Assembly: GCA_001820875.1 (NCBI GenBank)
Contig: MHRF01000010.1
Location: 3,371-67,370, forward strand
Direction: 5' to 3'
DNA: 64,000 bases
Origin: Candidatus Taylorbacteria bacterium RIFCSPHIGHO2_01_FULL_46_22b
Lineage (GTDB): Bacteria > Patescibacteriota > Minisyncoccia > Phycocordibacterales > DSPV01
Shown here in pieces: positions 30,168 to 39,053 of this stretch. The translations under genes were made by a program, and so were the position numbers. The notes under the pieces are model-generated. The model worked only from the letters and a program-made list of their open reading frames with translations, made no database searches and was not told where the DNA came from. How positions within the stretch are numbered: position 1 is the stretch's first letter; the number at the start of each line of letters is the position of its first letter.

Positions 30168-31505
30168 TTGCTGTATAATCTGAATTCTATGGATGTTATC
30201 AAAGGCCGAGTCATCAAAGGTGAGAACAAAGGTCGGTTGCTCGGATTTCCAACTGCCAATATTAAAATCTCCGAGGCAATTTCCGTCGAAACCGGAATTT
30301 ATGCTGGATACACTAAACTTAACGGTAAATCATACCAATCGGCTTTGTATATAAGGGGGGATAGAATACTAGAAGCTTTCATTTTGGATTTTTCAGGTGA
30401 TTTGTACGACCAAGAAGCGGAAGTGACGATACATAAAAAAATCAGGGAAAGATTGGAATTCAAAAATGATCAAGAGGCAAAAAGACAGATTGCAAAGGAT
30501 GTCTCGTATATTCAGGATTATTTCAAAAGTTTCGATACAAGAGAATCCAAAGAGAAACCGGGACATATGAAAAAATATTCTGCAACACTTAGAAAATGGT
30601 CTCCGTTTTTGGTTTTGCTAGCAGCAATGCTTTGGGCTTCCGATGCCCCTTTTCGATTACATCTCACCAAAGAATTAAGTAGTAATTTCATTGTGCTAGC
30701 TGAACATTTTGTCGATGTGTTATTCGTCTTGCCAATATTACTTTTTAATCTTTCGGGGCTCAAGAAACTCACCTACAAAGAGTGGTTAGCGATTCTTTTT
30801 ATCGCGATCGGTGGCAGTGCTCTGGCCTCGATTTCTTTTACCCAAGCTTTTCATTATCTTAATCCTTCAGTAGCCATCTTACTTCAAAAACTTCAGCCAT
30901 TTATCGCGATCGGTCTTGCTGGTGTTTTTTTAAAAGAGCGTTTCGGCCGACACTTCTGGCTTTGGACGGCGATTGCAATTTTTGGTGCTTACCTAATTTC
31001 GTTCCCAACGCTCATTCCGAAAACATATGCGGATGAAGCTTTTAATTTCAACCTCATTGGGATCTCGCTTGCTTTAGTAGCCGCTTTTTTCTGGGGCGCA
31101 TCCACAGTTTTCGGCAAATACGTGCTTAATAAAACCAATTTCAAAGTAATGACCTCGCTCCGTTTTATCGTTGCTTTTATCTTTTTGATTTTTCTAAATA
31201 TTGCCCAAAATTCTTTTCCGAAATTCTCAAGCATCACCAAAACTGACCTGTTGTTTATATTTATAATCGCCATCACTTCAGGCGTAATATCAATGTTCAT
31301 CTATTATCAAGGACTTGAGTATACTCGAGCTTCCGTTGCCACAATTGCCGAATTGGGTTTCCCGATCGCTGCAATCTTGGTAAATTGGTTGTTCATCAGC
31401 GGTGCGCTTTCATTGGTACAGCTTCTAGGTGTTTTGATTATACTCGGGGCAGTCTTTGGTCTCACCAAACACATCAACAAGCCAGAGATAATTCTGCAGA
31501 AATAG
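30168..31505 (+). CDS. Fusion protein: riboflavin kinase (flavokinase) domain + EamA/DMT-family permease
   Basis: N-terminal ~120 aa carry the flavokinase signature VIKGENKGRLLGFPTANI...YQSALYIRGD...EAFILDFSGDLYDQEAEVTIHKKIR. C-terminal ~300 aa are a 10-TM duplicated EamA fold. One continuous 445-aa ORF. Confidence 0.75.
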   Translation: MLYNLNSMDVIKGRVIKGENKGRLLGFPTANIKISEAISVETGIYAGYTKLNGKSYQSALYIRGDRILEAFILDFSGDLYDQEAEVTIHKKIRERLEFKNDQEAKRQIAKDVSYIQDYFKSFDTRESKEKPGHMKKYSATLRKWSPFLVLLAAMLWASDAPFRLHLTKELSSNFIVLAEHFVDVLFVLPILLFNLSGLKKLTYKEWLAILFIAIGGSALASISFTQAFHYLNPSVAILLQKLQPFIAIGLAGVFLKERFGRHFWLWTAIAIFGAYLISFPTLIPKTYADEAFNFNLIGISLALVAAFFWGASTVFGKYVLNKTNFKVMTSLRFIVAFIFLIFLNIAQNSFPKFSSITKTDLLFIFIIAITSGVISMFIYYQGLEYTRASVATIAELGFPIAAILVNWLFISGALSLVQLLGVLIILGAVFGLTKHINKPEIILQK

Positions 31506-31629
31506 GTTAGTGGCAAATTTCATTCAACGCCTCTTGAAAGCAAGGTGAAAAAATCTCGTCATTCTGTGCTCGGATATCACTTTTATATATGGGGAGACCT
31601 CGCATATACTGCGAGGTCTTTGCTTCACA

Positions 31630-32015
31630 TCAGGCAAATTCTGGAATCAAAGAGGGGTACGGAGACTGAACCGGTTCGGGTTGAGTAGGGCGCCATTTGG
31701 ACGGCCGGCGAAACTCATACAGCTTTATCTGGTCTGGCAAATCTTCTGTCTCTTCTGACTTAACTTCTTCATTGCTGGGTCGTTTTTCGACTAAATGATT
31801 TGCCTCAAGCCACATGAACGCAGCAAGCATCTTTGAACTGTCGATTGGACAGCCCTTCAGCTTCCTCATCTCATCTCGAATGTCTTCGCCTGATTTCCAA
31901 ACTGTAAAACTTACAACTTCGAGCCATTCATACGGATCCACATCCGCATGCTTTTCCGGCGGCCGAAACAAAAAGCGTAAAGCCACAAAAAAAGTGAACA
32001 GAAGAACAATCTCCA
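31630..32015 (-). CDS. Hypothetical membrane-anchored protein
   Basis: Start MEIVLLFTFFVALRFLF at 32015, with a GAGGAGG RBS 6 nt upstream. The 289-aa track ORF is an upstream over-extension that overlaps purS on the other strand. Confidence 0.5.
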
Positions 32016-32178
32016 TAGCTACCTCCTCTGGTAAGGTGTTACTGATTTTGGGTTGGGAAACTCCCAAAAGAGTAACTCGACAGTATCCGCAGGTCAACCG
32101 GCGACCTTTGACAAAAGATTTCGATCGAGTAGCATCAGGGGAAACAACAACGTTCTTCCGCAAGGAGAAAGGGAACTC

Positions 32179-32466
32179 ATGGACCAACAATTTGATGTCA
32201 CTGTCCTCATCACTCCTCGTGGAGTGGTACTTGATCCGCCAGCAGTAGCTGTGCTGAATGCATTGAAACACTTTGAAGCTGGGAAAATTGTCACGAAAGT
32301 ACACATGGGTAGATTCATCTCTCTCACGGTTACCGCGAAGAATCCGGAAGAGGCCAAGGCACAGGTAGATCAAATGTGCCGAGACAATCGTGCGCCAACA
32401 TTGATCTATAATCCGGTGATGGAAACCTTCAGGATCGAAACAGCTGTTCCAACACCTACCAAATGA
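32179..32466 (+). CDS. purS: PurS-like protein (FGAM synthase PurS subunit fold)
   Basis: Start MDQQFDVTVLITPRGVVLDPPAVAVLNALKHFEAGKIVTKVHMGRFISLTVTAKNPEEAKAQVDQMCRDN...PVMETFRIE, with an AGGAGAAAGGG RBS. TGA stop. Confidence 0.7.
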   Translation: MDQQFDVTVLITPRGVVLDPPAVAVLNALKHFEAGKIVTKVHMGRFISLTVTAKNPEEAKAQVDQMCRDNRAPTLIYNPVMETFRIETAVPTPTK

Positions 32467-32509
32467 AAACAGCGCCGCCCGACTCTTCGGGCGGCGCAAC
32501 TTATTTTAA
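32466..32509. terminator. Bidirectional Rho-independent terminator
   Basis: gcgccgcccga-ctctt-cgggcggcgc: perfect GC-rich stem flanked by A-runs and T-runs, between convergent purS and the M23 peptidase. Confidence 0.65.
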
Positions 32510-32512
32510 AAT

Positions 32513-33655
32513 TTAGAACGGATTCTTTGCTCCACGGATCTCAAAGTGGAGATGCGGACCAGTTGATTTGCCCGTTGATCCGAGATTCCCAACTACTTGA
32601 CCTTGCACCACTTCCTGTCCGACATACACAAATACTGCGCTTAAGTGCCCATAAAGGGTCTGTGTACCGTTGGCATGCGAGATTACCACGTAGCTTCCAT
32701 ATCCACCATTCCATCCTCCATCGCGAGCAACAATCACTTCACCTGCCGCAGACGCAAGTACTGGCGCTCCTGAATAATTTTTCAAATCTACCCCGTTATA
32801 TCCATGCAACCCTTGAGTCTTCACTCCACCGATAATAGGACGGATATAGTAGCCTTGGTAGCTCGGTCCGCCCGCGCCACGAAGATTCGAGGTAACGGGA
32901 GAAGTCGCCACAGGCGCGAGCTCGCCATCGGGAATGATGATAACAGAACCAACGGCAAGCGCAGCGCCTTCAGACAAATCGTTGTATTGCAAAACTTCAG
33001 TGACATCTGCTTTATAAAACTTAGCCACACTTACAACGGTATCTCCTTTCTTCACCGTATGCTGCACTCCGGAAATAGGCAAAATAACAAGGGTCTGCCC
33101 CGGACGAATGACCCCTCTTTGAATATCGTTGTTCCACGCAATAGTATTGACTGACACGCCAAACATCTTGGCAATTCCAGAAAGTGTATCCCCTGAACGC
33201 ACAATATAGACACTAATATGCCCGTGCGATGCACTTGAGTCTACATTCGCCAAACTTCCACTCGGACCAGTTTCAGGTAGAAGAGCTTCCTCTCCAATAA
33301 TAGTGATATCTCCTCCTCCCTGCGCCAGTATAGGGTTAGCATTCACTGCGGCTTGTAATAAAGGCATAGTCTGGGAATTTAATGCCGAAACAAGCTGTGT
33401 CTCTGTGCCAACACCACTGGAAGAAAACAAATCAGATATGAAAGAGAGGAGCCCTGCGTTTGCCAAAAAAGGAGTTGAAAGAAAGATAGCAGGTAAAATG
33501 AAACGGAACGCAAAAGCGCCTAGAAATATGGATATTTTCTCCTTCAGTCCCTTCTTTAGCCGTTTTTGGACTGTTGGGTCATTAGAGAGTCGTAAGATAA
33601 GCCTAATGTTAGCCAATAATTCGGTAAAATCAGTATTATGGCTCAACAGAGCCAT
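32513..33655 (-). CDS. LysM-domain M23-family metallo-endopeptidase
   Basis: Two LysM repeats (YIVRSGDTLSGIAKMFGVSVNTIAWNNDI; HTVKKGDTVVSVAKFYKADVTEVLQYNDL). M23 motifs HGYNGVDL...GSTGKSTGPHLHFEIR. Confidence 0.85.
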   Translation of the reverse strand: MALLSHNTDFTELLANIRLILRLSNDPTVQKRLKKGLKEKISIFLGAFAFRFILPAIFLSTPFLANAGLLSFISDLFSSSGVGTETQLVSALNSQTMPLLQAAVNANPILAQGGGDITIIGEEALLPETGPSGSLANVDSSASHGHISVYIVRSGDTLSGIAKMFGVSVNTIAWNNDIQRGVIRPGQTLVILPISGVQHTVKKGDTVVSVAKFYKADVTEVLQYNDLSEGAALAVGSVIIIPDGELAPVATSPVTSNLRGAGGPSYQGYYIRPIIGGVKTQGLHGYNGVDLKNYSGAPVLASAAGEVIVARDGGWNGGYGSYVVISHANGTQTLYGHLSAVFVYVGQEVVQGQVVGNLGSTGKSTGPHLHFEIRGAKNPF

Positions 33656-33848
33656 ATAATCATTACAGTATGTACAACCAACTTACCTACTATACTGCCA
33701 GCACACCTGAAGTCAACGCACAGGAAACTAGGGTGTGGATAGCATCCCAAATAGCTAGGTATAACAGATATAAAAAAGTCAAAATATGGCTAATAAACTA
33801 GATATTATAGTGATTGAGGGGTTGTTGTGGTATAGTCTCTGTTACTTC

Positions 33849-35765
33849 ATGGATAATTTAAACCACGAACAGGAGCAAGCAGTCAAAGCCACGGGTCCGG
33901 TTTTGGTCTTGGCAGGAGCTGGGGCAGGAAAAACACGCACTATTATTGCCCGTATCATCCATTTGATAACAAAAGGGGCTTCTCCAAAGGAGATACTCGC
34001 CATTACATTTACAAACAAAGCAGCCAAAGAGATGCGAGAACGTGTCCGACATGCACTTCTCACGCATCCGATCGCGAGCCGCGATCGCGAGGAGCCATGG
34101 GTGGGAACTTTTCATGCGCTCTGCGCGGAACTCCTGCGTAAGCATGGAGAACTCTTGAGCATAAAGAGACACTTCTCCATTTATAACCGAGGTGATTCTC
34201 GGCAAACTATCAAACACGCGATGGAAGAGATGGGCATTGACCCCAAACAGTTTGATCCGGCGCGAATGTTATCAGCTATTTCGCGCGAGAAGGGAAACCT
34301 CTCTACTCCGGAAAAACTCAAGGGGAATGGGCAGGGAGATAGAGGGCCAGTCTTGATTGCACGTATTTGGGAACGATACGACGCGCTGTTGGCAAAAGAT
34401 CAGGCACTTGATTTTGATGACATACTACAAAAAGCAGTAGTGTTGCTTGAACGGCATCCTGAAATACTCGCGCACTACCAGAAACAATGGAAATTCATCC
34501 ATGTGGATGAATATCAGGATACCAACCGTGCACAGTATGCCCTCATCGAGCTGCTTGCACGTGAACATAAAAATTTGTTTGTGGTGGGCGATGTTGATCA
34601 AACAATTTACACGTGGCGCGGAGCATACATACAAAATCTTCTCAAATTTGAGAAATCATATCCGGGGACAACAGTAGTACTCCTTGAAGACAACTATCGT
34701 TCGACAAAAACCATTATCGAAGCGGCAAATGCAGTCATAAAAAAGAATACGATCCGATACGACAAGACACTGCGCACACAAAATCCTCAAGGAGAGCCGA
34801 TCGGTGTATATGCCGCGTATGACGAAAATGACGAAGCTCTATTTGTCGCTGAAAAATCGCGGGAGCTCATCAATCGGGGAGTGTCCGCAGGGTCGATCGC
34901 GGTGCTATATCGGGCTAATTTTCAATCACGTGTTCTTGAACAAGCGTTTCTAGAACACAATATCCCGTACCAAGTCCTCGGAACTCGATTCTTTGAACGC
35001 AAAGAAGTAAAAGATGTGCTTGCATTCATTCGACTCGCACTCAATCCTGACAGCAGCGGGGATTTAAGGAGAATTATCAATGTGCCGGCGCGTGGAATTG
35101 GCAAACTCACCATCCTGAAAATCCTTGCAGGAAAAGAAGCCGATCTGCCGGCAGGGATGCATAAAAAAATTGCTGACTTTCGAAATTTACTTGAACGCAT
35201 CAAAGTTGTGGCACTTTCAAAAAAGCCATCCGAAACGATAAAATTTGTGATCAGAGAATCGGGACTGGAGACCCTTTTTGCAAGCAAACATGAAGAAGAT
35301 GTCGAACGACTTGAAAACATACGAGAACTCGCCACTGTGGCCACTTCGTATGATCAACTTTCTCCGCAGGAAGGAATTGAAAAGTTGCTCGCCGACGTCT
35401 CACTTGCAAGTGAGCAAGACGAACTTTCGGAGAATCGGGAAGCGGTGCGCCTGATGACCGTGCATGCCGCCAAAGGTCTTGAATTCAATTCTGTATTCAT
35501 CACTGGACTCGAACAAGATCTCTTCCCGCACCTGCGTATGATAGAGTCGCAAACACCTGAAGAAGCCGAGGAAGAGCGCCGACTTTTTTATGTCGCTATC
35601 ACTCGCGCGCGCACCAAAGTATTTCTTACCTACGCAAACATAAGAACTACTTTCGGAAATCGACATACCAACCTCCCGTCTGAATTTCTCTCCGATATCG
35701 AGGAAACCGCGTGGCAAAATGAGACTCCGCCAAGCCAGTCGCCCAAAACGATTTTCTTCGACTAA
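33849..35765 (+). CDS. uvrD: UvrD/PcrA-type superfamily-1 DNA helicase
   Basis: Start at MDNLNHEQEQAV. Walker A VLAGAGAGKTRTI, plus motifs TFHALCAELL, FVVGDVDQTIYTWRGA and TVHAAKGLEFNSVFITG. Confidence 0.88.
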   Translation: MDNLNHEQEQAVKATGPVLVLAGAGAGKTRTIIARIIHLITKGASPKEILAITFTNKAAKEMRERVRHALLTHPIASRDREEPWVGTFHALCAELLRKHGELLSIKRHFSIYNRGDSRQTIKHAMEEMGIDPKQFDPARMLSAISREKGNLSTPEKLKGNGQGDRGPVLIARIWERYDALLAKDQALDFDDILQKAVVLLERHPEILAHYQKQWKFIHVDEYQDTNRAQYALIELLAREHKNLFVVGDVDQTIYTWRGAYIQNLLKFEKSYPGTTVVLLEDNYRSTKTIIEAANAVIKKNTIRYDKTLRTQNPQGEPIGVYAAYDENDEALFVAEKSRELINRGVSAGSIAVLYRANFQSRVLEQAFLEHNIPYQVLGTRFFERKEVKDVLAFIRLALNPDSSGDLRRIINVPARGIGKLTILKILAGKEADLPAGMHKKIADFRNLLERIKVVALSKKPSETIKFVIRESGLETLFASKHEEDVERLENIRELATVATSYDQLSPQEGIEKLLADVSLASEQDELSENREAVRLMTVHAAKGLEFNSVFITGLEQDLFPHLRMIESQTPEEAEEERRLFYVAITRARTKVFLTYANIRTTFGNRHTNLPSEFLSDIEETAWQNETPPSQSPKTIFFD

Positions 35766-35800
35766 GAAAGTGGGTACTTTCCACCGGCCGGAAAATAAGT

Positions 35801-36601
35801 ATGCTTACGGATATGGCACTGTATGCGCAAAAAAGCCTCGGTCAGAACTTCCTCAAATCAAAGTGGGTTATTGACCTTATGGTGGAGGCGGGCAAAATTG
35901 ACTCGCATGACATTATTGTAGAGGCGGGCCCTGGGAAGGGAATCTTGACCGAGGGACTTCTTGCCTGCACGCGCCAAGTGATTGCAATTGAAAAAGATCC
36001 CCGCTTGATATTATTCAATCAGTTAAAATTCAAAAATGAAATCGCGGCTGGCGCACTCAAACTTATCGAGGGAGACGTGATGGAATTTGATCCCGCAAGC
36101 GAAGAACTACAGGCAGGCGGATATAAAGTTATTGCCAATATTCCGTATTATCTTACTGGCCACTTCCTACGATATTTTTTGTCGCATCAAACACCACCAT
36201 CGCGGATGGTACTCCTTCTACAGAGGGAAGTCGTAGATCGCATCATGGCACGCGATGGAAAAGAAAGCATGCTTTCGATCGCGGTCAAAGTGTTCGGCAC
36301 GCCAAAATATATTGAGAAAGTCCCAAGAGAAATGTTCTCTCCGAAACCACGGGTAGATTCGGCTGTGCTGTTAATAGAAAATATCACCAAAGATTCGTTC
36401 AAGCATATTGATGCGAATCATTTCTTCGCCGTGTTGCGCGCAGGATTTGCTCAAAAAAGAAAAAAATTACTTAATAATCTGTCTGCAATCGCGCCAAAAG
36501 AATCAGTAACGGAGATATTCAAAAAACTTTCGTTGTCTGAAAATGTGCGGGCAGAAGAACTCCCTGTCTCCAAGTGGAAACAGCTCGCGCAAGTGCTCTA
36601 A
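35801..36601 (+). CDS. rsmA: 16S rRNA (adenine1518/1519-N6)-dimethyltransferase RsmA/KsgA
   Basis: YAQKSLGQNFLKSKWVIDLMVEAG...VEAGPGKGILTE...VIANIPYY are canonical KsgA motifs. Confidence 0.88.
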   Translation: MLTDMALYAQKSLGQNFLKSKWVIDLMVEAGKIDSHDIIVEAGPGKGILTEGLLACTRQVIAIEKDPRLILFNQLKFKNEIAAGALKLIEGDVMEFDPASEELQAGGYKVIANIPYYLTGHFLRYFLSHQTPPSRMVLLLQREVVDRIMARDGKESMLSIAVKVFGTPKYIEKVPREMFSPKPRVDSAVLLIENITKDSFKHIDANHFFAVLRAGFAQKRKKLLNNLSAIAPKESVTEIFKKLSLSENVRAEELPVSKWKQLAQVL

Positions 36602-36613
36602 AGAATTCAGAGA

Positions 36614-37819
36614 TTACGTACTGCAGCCAAAGAGAGGAGCAATAGGAAGGTTGAAAGTCAGAGAAATGCAGGTTATGCCCGCGTACATCATGCAAGTGCC
36701 TGCACTGGTAATGTATTGCCCCAACCAACCTCCCGCACCACGACAAGAATTTGCTGCCGGTAGCATCCCCGGTTGCCATACCATGAACCCAACTGGTGTA
36801 TTGAAAGTCACCATTGCGCCACTACAGGTGCACACCATTGCCAATGTGTAAAAACCCCCACTCGACATCTGTGCATTGGCAACTGGAACAATCCCCTCCA
36901 ATAAAGACACTACGTGACTTCCCCATGACGAGAACAGCGGGGCAGAGGGGTTCACTGCAGTATCGAAAGGAAACTTCCGCGTACCATGCAAAAGCGCAGT
37001 CTGTGACGATCCGGTTCCATTCGCATTTTTTACCGTTACCCAGAAGAAGTGATACAGAGAATCATCCGTAAGACTTTTGTTGTTGGCGAGTATATCTCGA
37101 AACTCTCCTTCGTTCCTGATCCCTTTATATGGAGTAACCACATCTTCTAAGGTGAGCCCCTTTGCTTTTATTTGAGCTTCTGCTTCTAATCCTAGGTTGT
37201 TCGGCAACACACGGATCTCTGAAGCAGTCATAGTCTGAACTATAGGGGGTGTATAGACAAACGTTATAGTTTTTCCGTCAATGGAAGGGAGGTTGTTAAA
37301 CTCCTGTGTTATTGGCCCATCTCCAAGTATTACGGTATTTCCGCTTGATGAGAAATTAGCACCCGTGATGGTAATTGTCTCTCCACGCTGTGCACGTGTA
37401 GGAGAAACCGAGTAGACAACTGGATTGGTACTCACTTTTTTTGCCGGTATTGAAGAAGTCTCTTGCTGCACCGGCCCCATAGCGAGTCTGGTCAATTTGG
37501 CTCGCGTCATCGCACCAACATATCCGGTAGGCGCGAAAAGGCCCGCGGGGTAGAGAACTTCCGTCCGATACTTATACTGAAACTTAACCACCGCCGCTTT
37601 GGTCAAGCTCCCAAAATAGTCACTCTCAAATCCGGGTGATCCTGCACCTGAAACGCCAATCCTCGTATCAGAATCAACATTAAGCAGTTTCTGTAGTGCG
37701 GTCACATCAGAACCTCGATCACCAAGTTTTAAATCTCTCGTGAGAGATACTGTATCTGCAGACGCCACAGAAGCTGAGAGACATATTGCTATCAAACAAG
37801 TGGAGAATAAACGTTTCAT
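36614..37819 (-). CDS. Secreted protein with peptidoglycan-binding (PG_binding_1-like) domain and Cys-rich C-terminus
   Basis: Start at MKRLFSTCLIAICLSASVASA (signal peptide). LKLGDRGSDVTALQKLLNVDSDTRIGVSG resembles a PG-binding domain. The C-terminal region has several Cys. Confidence 0.55.
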   Translation of the reverse strand: MKRLFSTCLIAICLSASVASADTVSLTRDLKLGDRGSDVTALQKLLNVDSDTRIGVSGAGSPGFESDYFGSLTKAAVVKFQYKYRTEVLYPAGLFAPTGYVGAMTRAKLTRLAMGPVQQETSSIPAKKVSTNPVVYSVSPTRAQRGETITITGANFSSSGNTVILGDGPITQEFNNLPSIDGKTITFVYTPPIVQTMTASEIRVLPNNLGLEAEAQIKAKGLTLEDVVTPYKGIRNEGEFRDILANNKSLTDDSLYHFFWVTVKNANGTGSSQTALLHGTRKFPFDTAVNPSAPLFSSWGSHVVSLLEGIVPVANAQMSSGGFYTLAMVCTCSGAMVTFNTPVGFMVWQPGMLPAANSCRGAGGWLGQYITSAGTCMMYAGITCISLTFNLPIAPLFGCST

Positions 37820-37877
37820 TGAGTTTATTTTAACATACCACAAGACCCAATGACAAAAATCTTGCTATACTATCCCC

Positions 37878-38810
37878 ATGACACCCTCGAAGAAAAAAAC
37901 ACTTATTTTTCTTGTTGCGGCATTGGTAGTACTCGTACTTGGATACTTTTTAGTGTCATATCTTGGACGACCTATTAGCTATTCATCAGATACTGATCAA
38001 CTAAGTGTAAATGCAGGCAACGGACCACAAAACAATCTCACACAAGATTCAGACAGCGATGGTCTCCCTAATTGGGAAGAAGCGCTATGGAAAACTGATA
38101 GCAATAATCCTGACACAGACGGCGACGGGACATCGGATGGTGAAGAAGTAAACACCAACCGCGATCCGCTAGTAAAAGGGCCGCAAGATACACAAGTACG
38201 GTCAGAAACTGTGCCCGATACACAGGGCCCAACTGCTACTCAAAAACTTACCAACGATATCCTCTTGACCTACACTAAATTAAAGCAGAGTAGCGCGGAC
38301 GAAGAGACTCAAATAAATGCTCTGCAAGAATTGGTAGAGAAAAATCAGTTCCCGATTACTGCAAAGACATACGCCACAAAAGATTTCACCACCGTTACAG
38401 AAAACTACTCGTCCATACAAAACTACGCAAAGGACATTAGCACAACCATCACCACACTCAATCTCTCAAGCACAGAAAATGAGCTTTCGGTCTTGCAAAC
38501 GTCACTTGAAAACAACTCTGCGACAGGAATCATCTCGCTTACTACCACCGCAAACCGCTACCGTACCGCAGTAAAACAGCTTCTCGCCATGCCCGTACCG
38601 ACCGGAGCACTAGCCATCCACACAGATATTACAAACGATATGGCTCTGATGGGGGAAACAGTGAGCGCTATGAGTAATTTATATACGGATCCACTTATTT
38701 CTCTTTCAGCACTCAAACAATATCAACCCACCGCACTACGCATCGCAAACAACATGAACGCCTTGTTTGCCTACTTCAAGGCAAGTCAGACGAAATTCAC
38801 AGCACCCTAG
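37878..38810 (+). CDS. Membrane-anchored protein with Asp-rich calcium-binding-like repeats
   Basis: TM anchor LIFLVAALVVLVLGYFLVSYL, followed by DSDSDGLPNWEE...NPDTDGDGTSDGEE (thrombospondin-type-3-like DxDxDG). Confidence 0.5.
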   Translation: MTPSKKKTLIFLVAALVVLVLGYFLVSYLGRPISYSSDTDQLSVNAGNGPQNNLTQDSDSDGLPNWEEALWKTDSNNPDTDGDGTSDGEEVNTNRDPLVKGPQDTQVRSETVPDTQGPTATQKLTNDILLTYTKLKQSSADEETQINALQELVEKNQFPITAKTYATKDFTTVTENYSSIQNYAKDISTTITTLNLSSTENELSVLQTSLENNSATGIISLTTTANRYRTAVKQLLAMPVPTGALAIHTDITNDMALMGETVSAMSNLYTDPLISLSALKQYQPTALRIANNMNALFAYFKASQTKFTAP

Positions 38811-38844
38811 TAAACCCCCTGATATATCTAAAACCAATAAATAA

Positions 38845-38955
38845 GGTCCGGCAGTGGGGTTTATTTGAGAACCTCTCGGTTCTCAACACTCGTCCGTACA
38901 TTGGCGGACTCTTTGCTCTCCTCCACGGGGAAACTCCCGTTTCCCCGACCCCTTT
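38845..38955. repeat. About 100-bp double-hairpin repeat element, copy B (inverted relative to copy A)
   Basis: The reverse complement aligns with 5672-5770, sharing ggggaa(a)ggggtcgggaaacgggagtttccc and gttgagaacc...ggttctcaa. Lies just after the 37878..38810 stop and before the T4SS-like operon. Confidence 0.5.
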
Positions 38956-39053
38956 CCCCTCACACCACGCTCCTTTCATTGATTAGATAAAAAATTATCG
39001 GTGGTGTGAGTAAATCACATAGTAGTGCGTTGGTGCTTGAGGTATAATAACCA

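Noticed and set aside
31630-32499. 289-aa minus-strand ORF
   Set aside because: The upstream half overlaps the well-supported PurS gene on the opposite strand. A strong RBS plus ATG at 32015 defines a shorter 128-aa protein.
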